From positions 12,214,001-12,278,000 of the forward strand of contig NW_027266271.1 in NCBI RefSeq assembly GCF_022045235.1: DNA of 64,000 bases, read 5' to 3'. The DNA comes from Haliotis cracherodii. Lineage: Eukaryota. This document shows positions 1 to 13,082 of the stretch, in pieces. Numbering within the stretch: the first letter of the stretch is position 1; every line of letters starts with the position of its first letter. The notes under the pieces were generated by a model that did no database searches, had not been told where the DNA came from, and worked only from the letters and a program-made list of their open reading frames with translations. The position numbers and the translations under genes are program-made.

Positions 1-39
1 CCACCCCATTTAGGACATTTTCGAAGGTTTCTCTAATAA

Positions 40-172
40 ATCGAGGTTGGAACAGACAATCAAATGATTGACATCATGAGCATCGGTCTACGAATTGAGA
101 TACGATACCATCCATCAACAGAGTCAGCGAGACTGACGACCCGATCACGTTAGTCACCTCATAACCAGCATC
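40..172 (-). mobile_element. SINE-like family D, partial copy
   Basis: Reverse complement matches the body of 2462..2720 (gactaacgtgatcgggtcgtcagtctcgctgact...gatgctcatgatgtcaatca). Confidence 0.75.
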
Positions 173-377
173 GTCACGGGAACCAGTAGCGCAACGGCTG
201 AACTATCCAGAAAGTAACACAATTAACACGTGGTGCAAAATAACAGTACAAATAATGAAACCGCATGTTTAATAAGTTATTTTATTCATCAGCAAACAGA
301 GACAAGCTGGCACCATGCCCATACCCATGAAAACGTTAATGTCATCAAATACTTCGTAGGTCGCACTTTCGAGTGAG

Positions 378-525
378 GGACGGTCGCGGTGGAGTAGAAT
401 AGTGGTAAAAGCGTTCACCCCCAAGAGCCGGGTTCCATTCCCTATATATGTGGAATGTGTGGTCATATTGGTATCCCCCAACGCGATAATGGATTGTTTT
501 CAAAGCAGCGTAAAACATCACTCGC
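378..525 (+). mobile_element. tRNA-derived SINE family B, degenerate
   Basis: gtggtaaaagcgttc...gagccgggttccattccc head and gcagcgtaaaacatcactc tail, similar to 29073..29238. Confidence 0.65.
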
Positions 526-594
526 AGATTCTCATATTCAAAATTCGGTTTTGTACGCAGAAAGAAATTAACTATTATTGATTCTTTCCTCTGT

Positions 595-930
595 GGACCG
601 CCTCCGTGGTCTAGTGGTAGAGCGTCCGCCTGGAGAGCGGAAGGTTCAGGGTTCGAGCCCCGGTCGCGTCATACCAAAAGACGTTGAAAGATGGTACTTG
701 TTGTTACCCTGTCTGGCGTTCGGAATTAAGGGGCTAAAACAAGGACTGGTCGGCTCGGAGTCAGTATACTGTGTCTAAGTGGGGTATTCAACTGCGACAC
801 CGTGTCTCAGTGTGCTAGCACTATAAATCAGTCCGGACTAGTACAAGCAGCCACACACACACGTGCATGCATGTCGCAAAAAGTGCAATAATCTTGGTCG
901 CGACGATAAACCCCATTTCACCTCACCTCA
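595..930 (+). mobile_element. tRNA-derived SINE family A (MetaSINE-like central domain), full length
   Basis: A box tggtctagtgg and B box ggttcgagccc; central gtcataccaaaagacgttgaaagatggtacttgttgttaccctgtctggcg resembles the Meta domain; (CACCT)n tail; imperfect TSD ttt(c/a)ctctgt. Confidence 0.9.
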
Positions 931-1519
931 CATTTACTCTGTACGATAAGCTCACGATACAGCGATTGAAGTGATTTAGATAAATACCGATTATTCTTTG
1001 ATTGCACCTTCTTTTTCGCCTACGCATGGTAGACACATCCGGGGACATCTTTCGGAAATCAGAATTGTTGTTAATCGACATATTACCATATTTATACAAA
1101 GTCAGATTCCTGTGTAAGGATGACAGCTGTCGCAGCAGACAGGCTATTTCTAATTGTGAACACCGTATTTAGACGTCAGTAATTACATCCAGCTTTGAGG
1201 TGTGGATCATGTAAACATTTCAATCAGTTACGATAAATTGTCTTTAAAAATCGAATTGGAACCCCAAATCAAAATCTGCTTCCAATTACGTATTGCCACG
1301 CCGATGGCCAATCTATACTTCTGCAGATCGGTATTATGTTTCGATTGTAAACATTTGTCTTGGCAACAGCGCTGATGCAAGCCTACATAATTGTTGAAAA
1401 TTTTGTCTTAAACTCGTTTTGTATTACACGATGCGTTGAAGTAATTAATGCCAATATATCCTGATATAACACAGAGCATATGGTTTAGCATGTTATTATT
1501 ATAGCGTATTAGCGTATTA

Positions 1520-1765
1520 CAAATATAGCGTTGTGCATGCTCGGGAGTGTATGGGTGTGTATAGCTGCATGAAATAGTCCGGACTAATGCCAGTTTGAAC
1601 ATGAGTACCCAACTCAGGCACAGGCGATCAGTCCTTGTTTTATCCCTTTTTAATGCCGTGCGCCAGACAGGGTAACAACAAGAAGCACCTTTTAGAGCCT
1701 TTTGGTAAGACACAACCGGAAGCTGAACCACGGACCTTCCGCTCTACGGGCAGACACTCTTTCCA
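1520..1765 (-). mobile_element. SINE family A, degenerate
   Basis: Reverse complement similarity to 595..930 (cgccagacagggtaacaac, ggaccttccgctct). Confidence 0.75.
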
Positions 1766-2461
1766 GTAGAACACGGATTTCCATGAGAAAAACTGTCCGA
1801 TTCTAATATTGATGTAACAACAAACCCCAAACCGGAGTTTCCGGATGTGGAGACAATGACACTTCGTGGTTGATAGTTTGAACTTTATCAGTGACGTTGA
1901 GAGTGGAAAGAAGTAGCCAAAGCATCGCTGCTCTCGGTTGTGGTACCTCATGCAAAAGGATGGACCTCCACTGAGTACAACAGGCCAGGTTTATTGTGAA
2001 ACTGTATCAATTAGTCACTAGGAATATGCAGCTAATCACGTAACAGAACGCATATAAGAACTGGGTGGCCAATGTTCCCGGTTTGGACCCTTGTCTCTGG
2101 CCAACGCCTCCCTGCTGACGTAGTCATTGGGTAATGCGACGGCCGTAGCCAACGTCATGCAGGATGAGCGCTGTCCGCCTGCTCTTGTGGCTGGTCTTCA
2201 TGTCTGACCAGTCCGATCAAGTATCAAGGGGTATTCCATAACGAGAAACAAGGCCAGTTTTGTTTATTGACTAACGCTGAACGAAGTATTCAAGCCATGT
2301 GGCGGCGGTCTGTAAATAATGAAGACCAAATAATCCAGTGATTGACATCCTGAGCAGCGATTCACTAAATTGACATGCGATGACGTGCAATGAACCAATT
2401 CACCGAATCTGAGCACCGGAACTTTTTGGTCGCTTCAACTCTAGGTTGTCACTGGTCAACA

Positions 2462-2720
2462 GATCCGTGAAGAATCCGGGGTAGTATAGGTCGTCAGTGA
2501 CCCATGCTTGCCGCAAAAGGCGACTATGCTTGTTATAAGCGACTAACGGGATCGGGTGGTCAGGCTCGCTGACTTAGTTGATGCATATTATCGTATCCCA
2601 ATTGCACGGATCGATGCTCATGATTTCAATCAAAGGATTGTCTGGTCCTGACTCGATTATTTACAGATCGCCGTCAGATAGCTGGACTATTGCTGAGTGC
2701 GGCGTTACACACAACAACAA
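2462..2720 (+). mobile_element. SINE-like family D (no tRNA head, structured 5' end), full length
   Basis: Perfect 12-bp TSD cactggtcaaca (2450-2461, 2721-2732); (CAA)n tail; 3' end shared with families B and C. A degenerate inverted copy lies at ~2270-2435. Confidence 0.9.
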
Positions 2721-3469
2721 CACTGGTCAACAAAGTCAGAGACCAACGTAACAAGGTCAGTGACCAACATACACATGTACTCCCGGCGACGTGCTGGGGT
2801 ATTCATTACAATGTGACAATACCGCTATGGAGTTGCTAACCCATCTTACAGCTATAGCAGCATCATATAATTACGAACTGGGAAGGCTAAATGAACATAA
2901 CAGGGATGTAGAGTGCTGCATGCGTGGCGGAAATGGACAAACGGTCCCCACGTTGTGTCCAGCGGAGAATACGTATCACAAGAGTTATTAGTGCGTGGGC
3001 GGACCCAACGCAAACACGTTCCCTTCCACGGCATTGTATTAATCAATCACCCCCTTCTCTGAAGTTCATACGATTTTCGTCACAATGGGGACCACTTTGG
3101 ACCTAAAAGTGTTTGTTTGAAAATAATCAGTATTTACGTGACGTTATCTTTAAACACGATAAGTATGTCCTCATCAAACACATAAGAAATAACCTCATGA
3201 CTTAACTTGAATTCATGTGTTGTTAATAGGAATAACATTTCTGGTAACCAAAAGAAAATTTAATTATATTTAAGGTTTTTATAGCTCATGGTATTTGCAA
3301 TGACCTTGAAGCTATAGTCCTTGGGTAAATCCGTCACAATTTAATGAAGATGACCAAAATACTTTCACCATTTCAATTTATGTTCCAAATGTCATCTTTT
3401 CAAATTAATTTTGGAAACACGAATTCGTACATACACCCGAAACACAAGTGTCAAAACTTGTAGTTTCAA

Positions 3470-3697
3470 GAAGGTGACATAGTTCAAATGTGCCTCTGTT
3501 CACCCAGCAGGGAATGGGTACCCGATATGTGAGGTGGATGTAAACACCTTCTAGCGCGCCTGGGCAGCATGGGTTGTATACTCCCGAAGGGAGTTGAGAG
3601 AATAACTGCAATGCAAACGGATTCACTGGTCGGGGAACAAATAAAACTACATTAGAGCAGATAACGGTACCTGGATACCTGCGGTATATAAATGTAT

Positions 3698-3729
<32 letters not shown>

Positions 3730-3730
3730 C
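3470..3730 (+). mobile_element. CORE-type SINE, 3' portion, ending in (CAA)n
   Basis: tgcctctgttcacccagcagggaatgggtacccg is CORE-like; a second copy lies at 62470..62655 (-). Confidence 0.6.
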
Positions 3731-4636
3731 CGTGTTTCGTATGTACGCATGTCGTGACGTGTTCACGACACTTGGAAGTTTTATATGACAATCATACGCA
3801 CCTGACACGTGTTGGGCTCTCGTACCGACCCAGAGCATATATTTCTTAAAACAACCATTTCCAGTCCAGTCCATTCCTCATCCCCTTCTTTGCTATGTCA
3901 GCCTGTACTCATCCCATTCCGAGGGGGGACAAGGTGGCCGCAAGTCCCTGTCTGAGTTCCGTCCCTTGAGAAAATTAGGACATGGACGAAAACGTTTCAC
4001 ATTTTGTATATCCTAACCACTACGCGTGTTTTAGACTCCAGGGTATTTCATCCATTCTGAAGCGATTCTCCAGTCATGATCGAACAACGCACCTGCTTGC
4101 ATACAGATGATCCTCGCAAACAGCCTGCTAAAAACCTCTTGCCAAGTTGAACGCAAATTGCAGCCAGTCGAATGCCTCTACTAATGTATAATTCAGCGAT
4201 CAGTCGTTGGTATTTGGGTCCGATGGGAGCGCGGCACAAGGAAGCCACACGTCGATTTTAACGAATTGCTTTCACCATATAGAAGACATACAGCATATAG
4301 TTTTGAGGGTTTACATGTTTTTTATGAGCCGAAGTGAGAGTTTCATCATTTTGGTTTATCGGTGTTTCAGTTTTATCATGGACAATAAATGTTTTTTGGG
4401 TCGTAAATGGAAGCAGATTCCACTCTGCGCCTGTTGTGGTCTATGTTAAACGTTCACGTTCACACAAATGTGTTATAACTTCAGAAACATTTAAACGGTG
4501 TGCCAGTAGTTATCGGAGTTATCGCCATTAACCTCAAGGATTGGCTCTGAAATATAAAATTAATTTAACAAATGTGAAATGTAGATGAGTGCAAGGCTGA
4601 CCTAACTTTGGACTATGTGTGTTACACATGATAATT

Positions 4637-5160
4637 CATCTTCCCTAGGCAAGAGAGTTAACTGACTTCAAAAGTCCAGTTTCCACCCTTGCCGAACTTG
4701 GCTGGAATTCCTGGGTTCGATCGTAGCGCCACCAGTGGTTATTACGAGTTATGTCCCTTCTAAGCCTCTCAAATGGACCAATCAGATTCCATCACATGCA
4801 TTTGTTTCAAACAAAATGGTGGCGCCGAGGAGACGATCTGATCGATAATCAAGATCTATTTTGTGATAAAACGAGTCTTACATCGCGAAGTGCATCAAAT
4901 CACGCGAGCACCTTGATTAAAAAACATGAAAAGGTTTGGAAAATATCTGTTGACAACGAGTTGACGGTGCAAATCCTGCAATCGACTGAAATCTGCGCGA
5001 CAGTTTACGAACCGGATTTCGATTTCGTTGCGCGATTTTAATTGGACTATGCACAGACACGTTATTCCAGTCAAAACGTAACTCCATAATACCAGCCTAG
5101 TTCGGCAAGGGTGGAAACTGGATTTTTATAGTTAGTTAACTCTCTTGCCTGGGGAAGATG
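4637..5160. mobile_element. MITE / non-autonomous DNA transposon with ~70-bp TIRs
   Basis: catcttccctaggcaagagagttaact...ccacccttgccgaacttggctgga mirrored by tccagcctagttcggcaagggtgg...agttaactctcttgcctggggaagatg; CA..TG termini; no clear TSD. Confidence 0.85.
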
Positions 5161-5865
5161 GTGACAATACCACTTGTCGGATAACCTCCAACAACACAAA
5201 GCTCATATATTTACAATCTTAAGTCTTAATTCAGCGTAAGCCTTTTGAAGCTAATCAATTTTTTTATCATACTTTCTAAAGTGTTCCAAAGAAACAAACA
5301 CATTATCCTTTCGAAGATGCTGATAATTATAGGACACAAGAACCTCAGATTAAATGATTAAGTGATTACGTGAGTGAGTTTTTACGTCGCTTTCAGCAAT
5401 ATTTCAGCCGTGTCGTATCCAACTGTGGAATAGAACCCGAGGCTTCAGCGTGACGGGCGAACTCTTAAAACCACTCGGCTACTCAACAGCTCCTCAATAA
5501 GGTATGTGGCATACCATTGCTATGTTAGGCTCTGCCGTGTTGAATACCGTGTTGATTACAAACGCGATTATTTCACAAGACCGTAATACATCACACACTC
5601 GTGTCAACGTTAACGATTCTATATCCATTAAGCGTAGAGAAAAAAGTGTTAAAGACAACGTAATCTTGAACATAGCAGTATATATGTTAACTTTATTGTA
5701 AATATATGTTTTAAATATAGTGCTAAAGATTTGATAATATCTACATTGATGGAAGTCAACAAATGTATCATTAATTGACTGTCTTTGTCATTTATTATGC
5801 CTCAAAGTCAGACTGACCAATCAGAGAGCAGAACTTCTGACCCCATATGATACCGTATATCGTCA

Positions 5866-5940
5866 GTAAAAATCCAAGATGGTTGTTACTGACCTAATAT
5901 GAGACCGTCTACCGTCAGTAACAGCCATTTTGGATTTTAC
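5866..5940. repeat. Inverted repeat / hairpin
   Basis: gtaaaaatccaagatggttgttactgac ... gtcagtaacagccattttggattttac. Confidence 0.8.
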
Positions 5941-6426
5941 ATCACCCACGTCACATATTTCACTTGAAAATTCTGGTACAGAAATTCGTTTTTCGGCACT
6001 GTTTTGTGTTTTAATGTCATTAATTGTGATGTGCAAAAACATTAGATTTTAAAGAAACCATGTTCCTGACTATTTTAATAAAACATAATGAGAGAAAAAG
6101 CTCACGCCAATGACGTCACATAGCAACAGAATAGATAGTAGCCCGTCGTTCGGGAAGAGCGGACTGCTGTCAAGGTACAGTAGCCCGCAGTTTTCTGATT
6201 TCTTTTTCTGATGACTTTTATGATAATTATATCCATTTTGCTATTATACTTCCCCATTTAATATAGTCTATATTCCATTGTTAACGTTTGTGTTTAAATT
6301 AAAGCGTTGTATCGGAAACATATGTACTGGTCCTGCCATTTATACCGGTTCTAATGTCAAGTTTTTATTTTGACATCACATTTTCGATGAAGATACCAAA
6401 TAGTGTACACTTTTCGGCATAATTAT

Positions 6427-6579
6427 CTGGTCGCTGCAGTATATTATTGGTTATGGTGTCTTAAGTTGCCGTATACGGTGTTAATTAGGTTAGCAGTAAA
6501 ATATTTCTCTGCTAACCTAATATGACACCGTATACGGCAACTAAAGACGCCATAACTAATAATATAATACATCGACCAG
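6427..6579. repeat. ~150-bp imperfect palindrome (MITE-like)
   Basis: Arms ggtgtcttaagttgccgtatacggtgttaattaggttagcag / ctgctaacctaatatgacaccgtatacggcaactaaagacgcc. Confidence 0.85.
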
Positions 6580-7319
6580 TTTCACCAAGTACTGCATTAT
6601 TTGAAGCATATTTGCCAATATATAAAAATCGCTTAAAATACGGTATGATCTATGTCGATGGATTCAAAATACTGAATGCCCAATATTTTCGAGCCGAATT
6701 ACAAAATAGGTGCAATTTTACCATCAAATATAGAAATTGCTGTCGAAAATGAGATAAATTTGTTTTCCTTAAATAATTTATAACAGGAAACATTGCCTTA
6801 TATGCATGTAGCGCTAAGTACTTACAAACCTTGGACCAAACTAGGCTTGAGGACATTTAAAATCCAAAAGAATTATAATCTGCCCTTGATTTGCATATGC
6901 TTTTAAGTAGGAGATTTTAAAGCGAATATAACTTCCGGTGGGCGAACGCTCCAGTCGTTTACAACAATGGCCTATTGCGACTGTTTGAAAAAGGCAGAAT
7001 AAGGTATTGATTCAAGCATTGTTCTCGTCCATCAAAGTTTCTACATTCTATCTTCTAATTTTGAATACTTAGCTTATTTTACAAATACTTGGTTCGACGA
7101 GAATAGATGTATTCTACTGTACAGCGACTCCATAAGCGGGGACGTCACCCTCGGTTACCCAGCGTATAATAATCTCCCTTCTATCACGATTACACTCCTT
7201 CGATCCATTCAAGCGACATCCCCAACGCCATCGCTCCGATCTTTATCTTAGCATATAATGATTGTCGTTCATGGAGGTCATTCGATTCGACGGCTATTTT
7301 AGGATTTTAGCTATTCTTT

Positions 7320-7950
7320 TACAGATTAAGGTTAAAACGTAGCAAAGAGGGCTTTGGTAATCCTGACGCAGTCAGACTGGTTAGGCTCATCAGCAGCTCA
7401 GGGCCCTTGCCCTCTCTACACGCAGCCCAGACAGCGAATGGAACTTCTCCCAGTAAGCGCTGCCTCGTCAATCCCACCCAGATCGTTTCGGAGAATGTGA
7501 AGACCACCAACCAGAGCAGCCTTCTGCATATACCCAGATTGTCAGAAAGGTTGTATTCCTGGCAGTAAACGAGTACTCTACATTGTCAGTCAAAACACCA
7601 AACCTAAGGCACCGATGACAATGGGGAGTCAGACAATTTGGGACTTGTGATGCAAGCGTGACATTTCGAAAGCGAGGTCCGCATATTTGCCATGTTTTTA
7701 CTGAATCTTTTCAATCATATTAGTGTCAAAAGGGACAGAAAATTCAATGATATAATACAAATGTAAATGTTTCATTGGATCTATCAAAAAGGGCAAGACG
7801 AGGTTTCTTGACCTTGATAGGTCTGAGGCTGTATATGGGCCTATTCCAAAGAATTTTGAATTGATAATTTTCAATGACACCCTCAACATATCCTGGGTCG
7901 AACCATGGATAGACCTCTGTGTCAAAACCACAAGCATGGCGAAGACTGTA
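7320..7950 (-). mobile_element. R4/Dong-type non-LTR retrotransposon, 3' fragment (endonuclease and 3' UTR)
   Basis: Peptides LRHACGFDTEVYPW, KILWNRPIYSLRPIKVKKPRL and IIEFSVPFDTNMIEKI in broken frames; 3' UTR matches 54165-54310 and 62150-62290. Confidence 0.85.
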
Positions 7951-9758
7951 ATACATATTATTATTACAGGGTGATATGTGCACGTTGATCTGGTGTCTGG
8001 GCTAATTCGTTGTTTCATTCGGGAGTTAATTCCCATCTTCTTGTCAATGATGTAGCTGGAAATAGTCATTACGGTTTTGATGGATGGATTGATTGATCAT
8101 TAAAACGTTTTATGGATGTTCGGGCGACTGGGCCCATTTACACCTTGCCCATGATAAAAGTTTGCTAAGTACCTAGATATTTTATAAAGTATAAAAACTG
8201 CCACACTCTTTAATATAAGCGAGAATGACATTCTGAACATCATGGCGAACAATATTCGTAGGTTTTGTTGGAGCTAACCGAGCTATTTTCAATTTGCACC
8301 AAAATCATCAAGCCATGAGACAGCTTTACTCAGATGATGGGCTTTCACCAACTACATTTCAAATCCATACCTGTCTTTAGACCACTCTATGCTTTAACGC
8401 CCCTGTCATAGAGTCTTGTGTTTGTCTGGGACCCAAGCACGAACGTACAACTGCATCACATCAATATCATGTATAATGTACGATTGCTTCATGTGCCATT
8501 CGTGTCTGACTGTAGACTCTACTGCTTATTTACGATCTCAGTAATACAAATACACATCAATATGAAACCACACGTATTCTGTTTTGACTGTGTTCCAAGC
8601 AGACCACAACACGCCCGGTCTAACATCAACCATGAATCAAGAGCAGGAGCGTCAAAGTACATGTCAATTAACTTTATTCTGCTTTGTCCAGATCCGCCAA
8701 TTCTATAGGCTTGTATACGTGTGGTCTAGCGCCAGCAGACGTCGTATGGTCAGCTGCCCGTGCGTCATCAAGCCAATAGATGCTAATGAATCCACTTACG
8801 CAGATAATCGGACCAGACAGTATAAACTGAAAATGGACGACAGCAAATTAAACGCACATCTCGTTAAATGGCTCAGGAGTTCCGCCCGGTCTATTCGATG
8901 ACAGATATATTGTCCGTTGGAGTCAGTATACCATGGTCAAGCGACCTGTGCATCACGAGTCAGGAGCAATCACCAAGTACCGTTAACATATACAATGATA
9001 TATTTTAAAAGTTACGAGGTAGAATGATTTTCAGATTTTGATTCTGGGTAATAAGTAAATTGTACATTTAATGATCTGTTATGTTCACCGCGAAAGACAT
9101 TTTATAAATTACTGCTGACGGATTTGTGACAGAATTGTGGATTTTTCTTTGAAATGCTTCTGAAATAGTCCTTAAAAAGTGAAGAATAGAAAAGTCGAAC
9201 ACACGTGGTAAAGGAGATTTATGTTTTTTAACGAAAATGGACTAGTGATACTTTACAGAATAACGTCGAAGTGAGATCAAAGGAGGCTTCTAAATGTTCC
9301 CAACTGTACATGAGCTCTGATGAAAGTTATATAACTATCCAAAATCGATAAAATTTCTCACTTTTCGTTTTCAATTTGTCATAATGTAGGAACTAAATGT
9401 GAAATGGTTTTACTAATGGTCACAATATTCACACTGCATAAATATATTGTAATTTTCACATTAGATTGTAAATATATCATATTATAAAAACTAAATTTGT
9501 CAGGTTTATTGTGACAACATAGGCATCAGCGATTTTGAATCACGCGTTATCAAAAGATCGCCTAATGTACGACTCGTAAAGTAAATTTCCCATCGCAAAA
9601 ATCTCTTCTTTGAATCCTCAGTGGGAAAAGTAGAAAACTTTCAAATTTCAAAATTTTCAAATTCAGAGAAAACCAGAAAAAAAGGTTCTAAAATATTTTC
9701 TAATAATTTATATTACTGACAACGAACAATATTTTAACATTCATTTTCGCTTATAACA

Positions 9759-10085
9759 GGACCGCCTCCGTCGCCTAGTGGTAGGGTGCCTGGAGAGCGG
9801 AAGGTTCGGGGTTCGATCAAAAAACGTTAAATGATGGCACTTTTTGTTACCCTGTCTGGCGCTCGGCATTAAGGGGCTAAAACAAGGACTGGTCGGCTCG
9901 GGGTCAGTATACTGTGTCTGAGTGGGGTATTCATGGTAAACTGAGGCATGGTTTCTCAGTGTTTTAGCACTATAAACCGGCATCAGTCCGGACTACTACA
10001 AGCAGCCACATACACTAGCATGCACATCGCTATATAAGTGCAATAATCTTGGACGCGACGTTGAACCCTCTTTCACCTCACCTCA
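9759..10085 (+). mobile_element. SINE family A
   Basis: Aligns to 595..930 with small deletions; TSD ttataaca. Confidence 0.9.
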
Positions 10086-12164
10086 TTTATAACAACACCA
10101 AGTCTAGAGAATAAGATTAACATGTGTGAAAGATGGTTTGGACACTTGTGGAGAACAGAATCGCTTTTAACAAGTCCTCTGCACACAGTGAATTGGGTAA
10201 TGAACGTGTTCAGAGTCAGTTTTCTAAAGATAATAAACATAATAATAATGCTAGTTCTGTACTGAAGAATACCTTATGTTTATCCAATTCAGACTCTGTA
10301 CTTGATGTACAATATTTACAAGTATATAACAAGTAGCTATATAGCTAGTCGTTTATGTGAACATTGTTGATAGATATAAGCTCAATGTACATGTACGTGT
10401 AAGGTGTAAAATGTGCAAATGTACAGTACATTTTGTCAAGTGATGTGACTCCATCAACATTTACCAAAACGTATACACGGACAATTATTGAAAGTTATGA
10501 TACTTGCAAACTGTGCCACTCAGTAAACATTAACTTTAATTTGACAGTCAGACCAAATTACGTACGTATCTAACCTGTCAAAACACTTCAGATTAAAAAG
10601 CGAAGATGTCTGAGTTATCGTAATTTAATTATTTCTTATATACCATGGTGGAAATGAATAGACGACGGTAAAATATATTTTGTAAATGTATACATTTAAT
10701 TGAATCTGTGCACGGGAGTATAACAATAACAGAAAGCATGATACAAGCACCTGGCGCCGATTCCATAGCTTGTTTGTCACACGGGCTACCAAATGAATAT
10801 GTTTCCGTCTAGACACCACATTTACTTACTTCCTATATTGAAATATTGCATATTCAGTATAAACATCTGACTGGAGTGTGAACAAATATGCTGTAATTAA
10901 ATCATGGTATTCCTCAAGTGTATTGCCCCCAGCGTCTACATCTACAGCAATCTGACATCCCGATGTCCTTCCACTCTGTTGGTTTCCTGCAGGCATGGCA
11001 GGTGACAGGCAACAGAATTGCTTTCAGGGGAACTGAATTATTTTAGTTCTCCTGACTCGTGGAATACCAGGCTTCCACAGGCCAGTCTCTAGTAGGGCTA
11101 CACTTTTAGTAGACCCAGATCGAATGGCACTCACAAACACCATAATATAAAGATGGACCTGTCATTGCAGTTGAAGATCCTGATGTATTGACGTATTCAA
11201 CGTTGCAAAACATTAAGATCAATGATCCTGACAGTCGCATTCTTAAGTCGTTCTAAAAATATTTCTTGAAACATCCTTGATGTCAAAAACAAATATGATG
11301 TCAAGCTAAGAACAAGTTGGCTATCAATAGGATTGAGGTTATTGTGACCATGTTGATACTGTAGGATATGACATATTGAATATAATTTTACAAGGGCATG
11401 TCTAATCGAATTATATGTTAAATACGCCAGACGTCTCGCACATTGTTGCCATTAAGAAAAAATGTTCTGAGTATAGATTAGTACTCTCAGTATAGAAACG
11501 TGAAAAGAGAATTAAAACCGAGCCGAAAAAATATTAAAAATTGATACACTGTTCATCCGCCCTCCCAACAGGGAAAAACGATCTCAGGATTGCGGAACCA
11601 ATAATTAGGACCCCATGAATACTTCCCGTGATTAGCCACACTCGCGACTGCTTTCTTGGCGCTGCTTCTTCACGATGGTAGGTCCAAGTTCTGCAACCGA
11701 TACCTTCAAAGGAGCTACAGGATTTTCACTGCGTTAATTCTATAAGACAAAGACCACTGTCTCTATCCAGTTAGTCTGAAGGAGATTTCTATTCAAGGAT
11801 TGTAATCAAAATGACCTTTCCCGTAAATCTGATTGTGCTCGCATAATTGAGTTATCGTAATCACTTTTATTCCTCTGATTGTGTGTGACTTACAAACTGC
11901 TTTTTCAAACAAGAATTGGATTTAAAACAAAGGCGGAACTTTTAGATGGGTTTGCATCAGATGCCCCTTGACAGTAGTTTAAAAAGGGTGGGTTTATTCC
12001 ACATCGGAGAAGCTTAACAATATCTTGTGTTCTCTAAATGGAACAGAACCAATAAACCAACGGGAGATTTTAAGGTTACATGTAAGTTTAGATTAGTTTC
12101 AAGAATGCCATGGCATCAATGGAGAACTGACGTTTTGGATGATGGGGTCATGGCGGCTTGGGAG

Positions 12165-12712
12165 AGGGGAGGAGCGGCAGTCGTCTAAGGCGCTGCTTAG
12201 GTTGTGCAGAGTTACGTACCTTACGTGTAATACAAACCAATGATCGGGGGATCGAACCCCAGATTCGCCCTGATACACTTTCTAGGTTTGTCGGAACCAT
12301 ACCGGCACAACACCATATCAAACTGAGGTGAGGTGAGGTGAAATGGGGTTTAACGTCGCGTCCAAGATAATTGCACTTATATAGCGACGTGCATGTACTG
12401 CTTGTACTAGTCCGGACTGATGCCGATGTATAGTGCTAGCTCACTGAGATACCCCACTCAGACACAGTATACTGACTCCGAGCCGACCAGTACTTGTTTT
12501 AGCCCCTTAATGCCGAGCGCCAGACAGGGTAACAACAAGTACCATCTTTTAACGTCTTTTGTTACGACGCGTTCGGGGATCGAACCCCGGATCTTCCGCT
12601 CTCCGGGCGGACGTTCTACCACTAGACCACGGAGGCGGTCCATATCAAACTGACACGTCGGTATATGATTGAAATACTGTTCAATGTTGCGTAAAAGCAA
12701 ACTCACTCACCC
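12165..12712 (+). mobile_element. SINE family C copy interrupted by a family A insertion
   Basis: Head cagtcgtctaaggcgc...tttctaggtttgtcgg at ~12165-12310; tail ctgacacg...aaactcactcac at ~12650-12712. Confidence 0.7.
12324..12641 (-). mobile_element. SINE family A, nested in family C
   Basis: Full head and (CACCT)n tail on the - strand; TSD atatcaaactga. Confidence 0.9.
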
Positions 12713-12882
12713 AGTCGCTCCCAATCCGTAGTGGTATACTGGCGATAAAGGTTCAATGAGAACCGTGAAGTCACGTGGTTTCAAACAATATATCGAGCTA
12801 ATGGAGTTCGAGTTTCAATGTATTGACCTATTTAATTGGAAGATTATCCCGACACAAAGATACGAAGAGTGAGTGAATTGGG

Positions 12883-13082
12883 TATGATTGTGGGTTCGAA
12901 TCCCAGTTCTTCCAGATTATGTTTCTAGATTTGTCAGCACCTTTCCTATGCTCGTGGGATTCACCAAAGTGGTAAACGCCTGAGACCTGCATCACTTTGG
13001 GTTTTCCTCCCACATTACGATGACACACCGTGATATAACTGGAATACTGTTCACAGTAGCGTTAAACAAAACTCACTCACTC
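12883..13082 (+). mobile_element. SINE family C, 5'-truncated
   Basis: tatgattgtgggttcgaatccc...ttcctcccacatt...gcgttaaacaaaactcactcact. Confidence 0.8.

Noticed and set aside
595-670. tRNA gene
   Set aside because: The tRNA-like head continues into a multi-copy SINE body and tail with a TSD, with no Pol III terminator after the cloverleaf. The same applies to the family B and C heads.
2462-2560. HDV-like ribozyme call for the family D head
   Set aside because: A ctaa segment before a closing stem is suggestive, but there is no P1 5' strand or L3/P1.1 consensus, so it is kept only as an unclassified structure.
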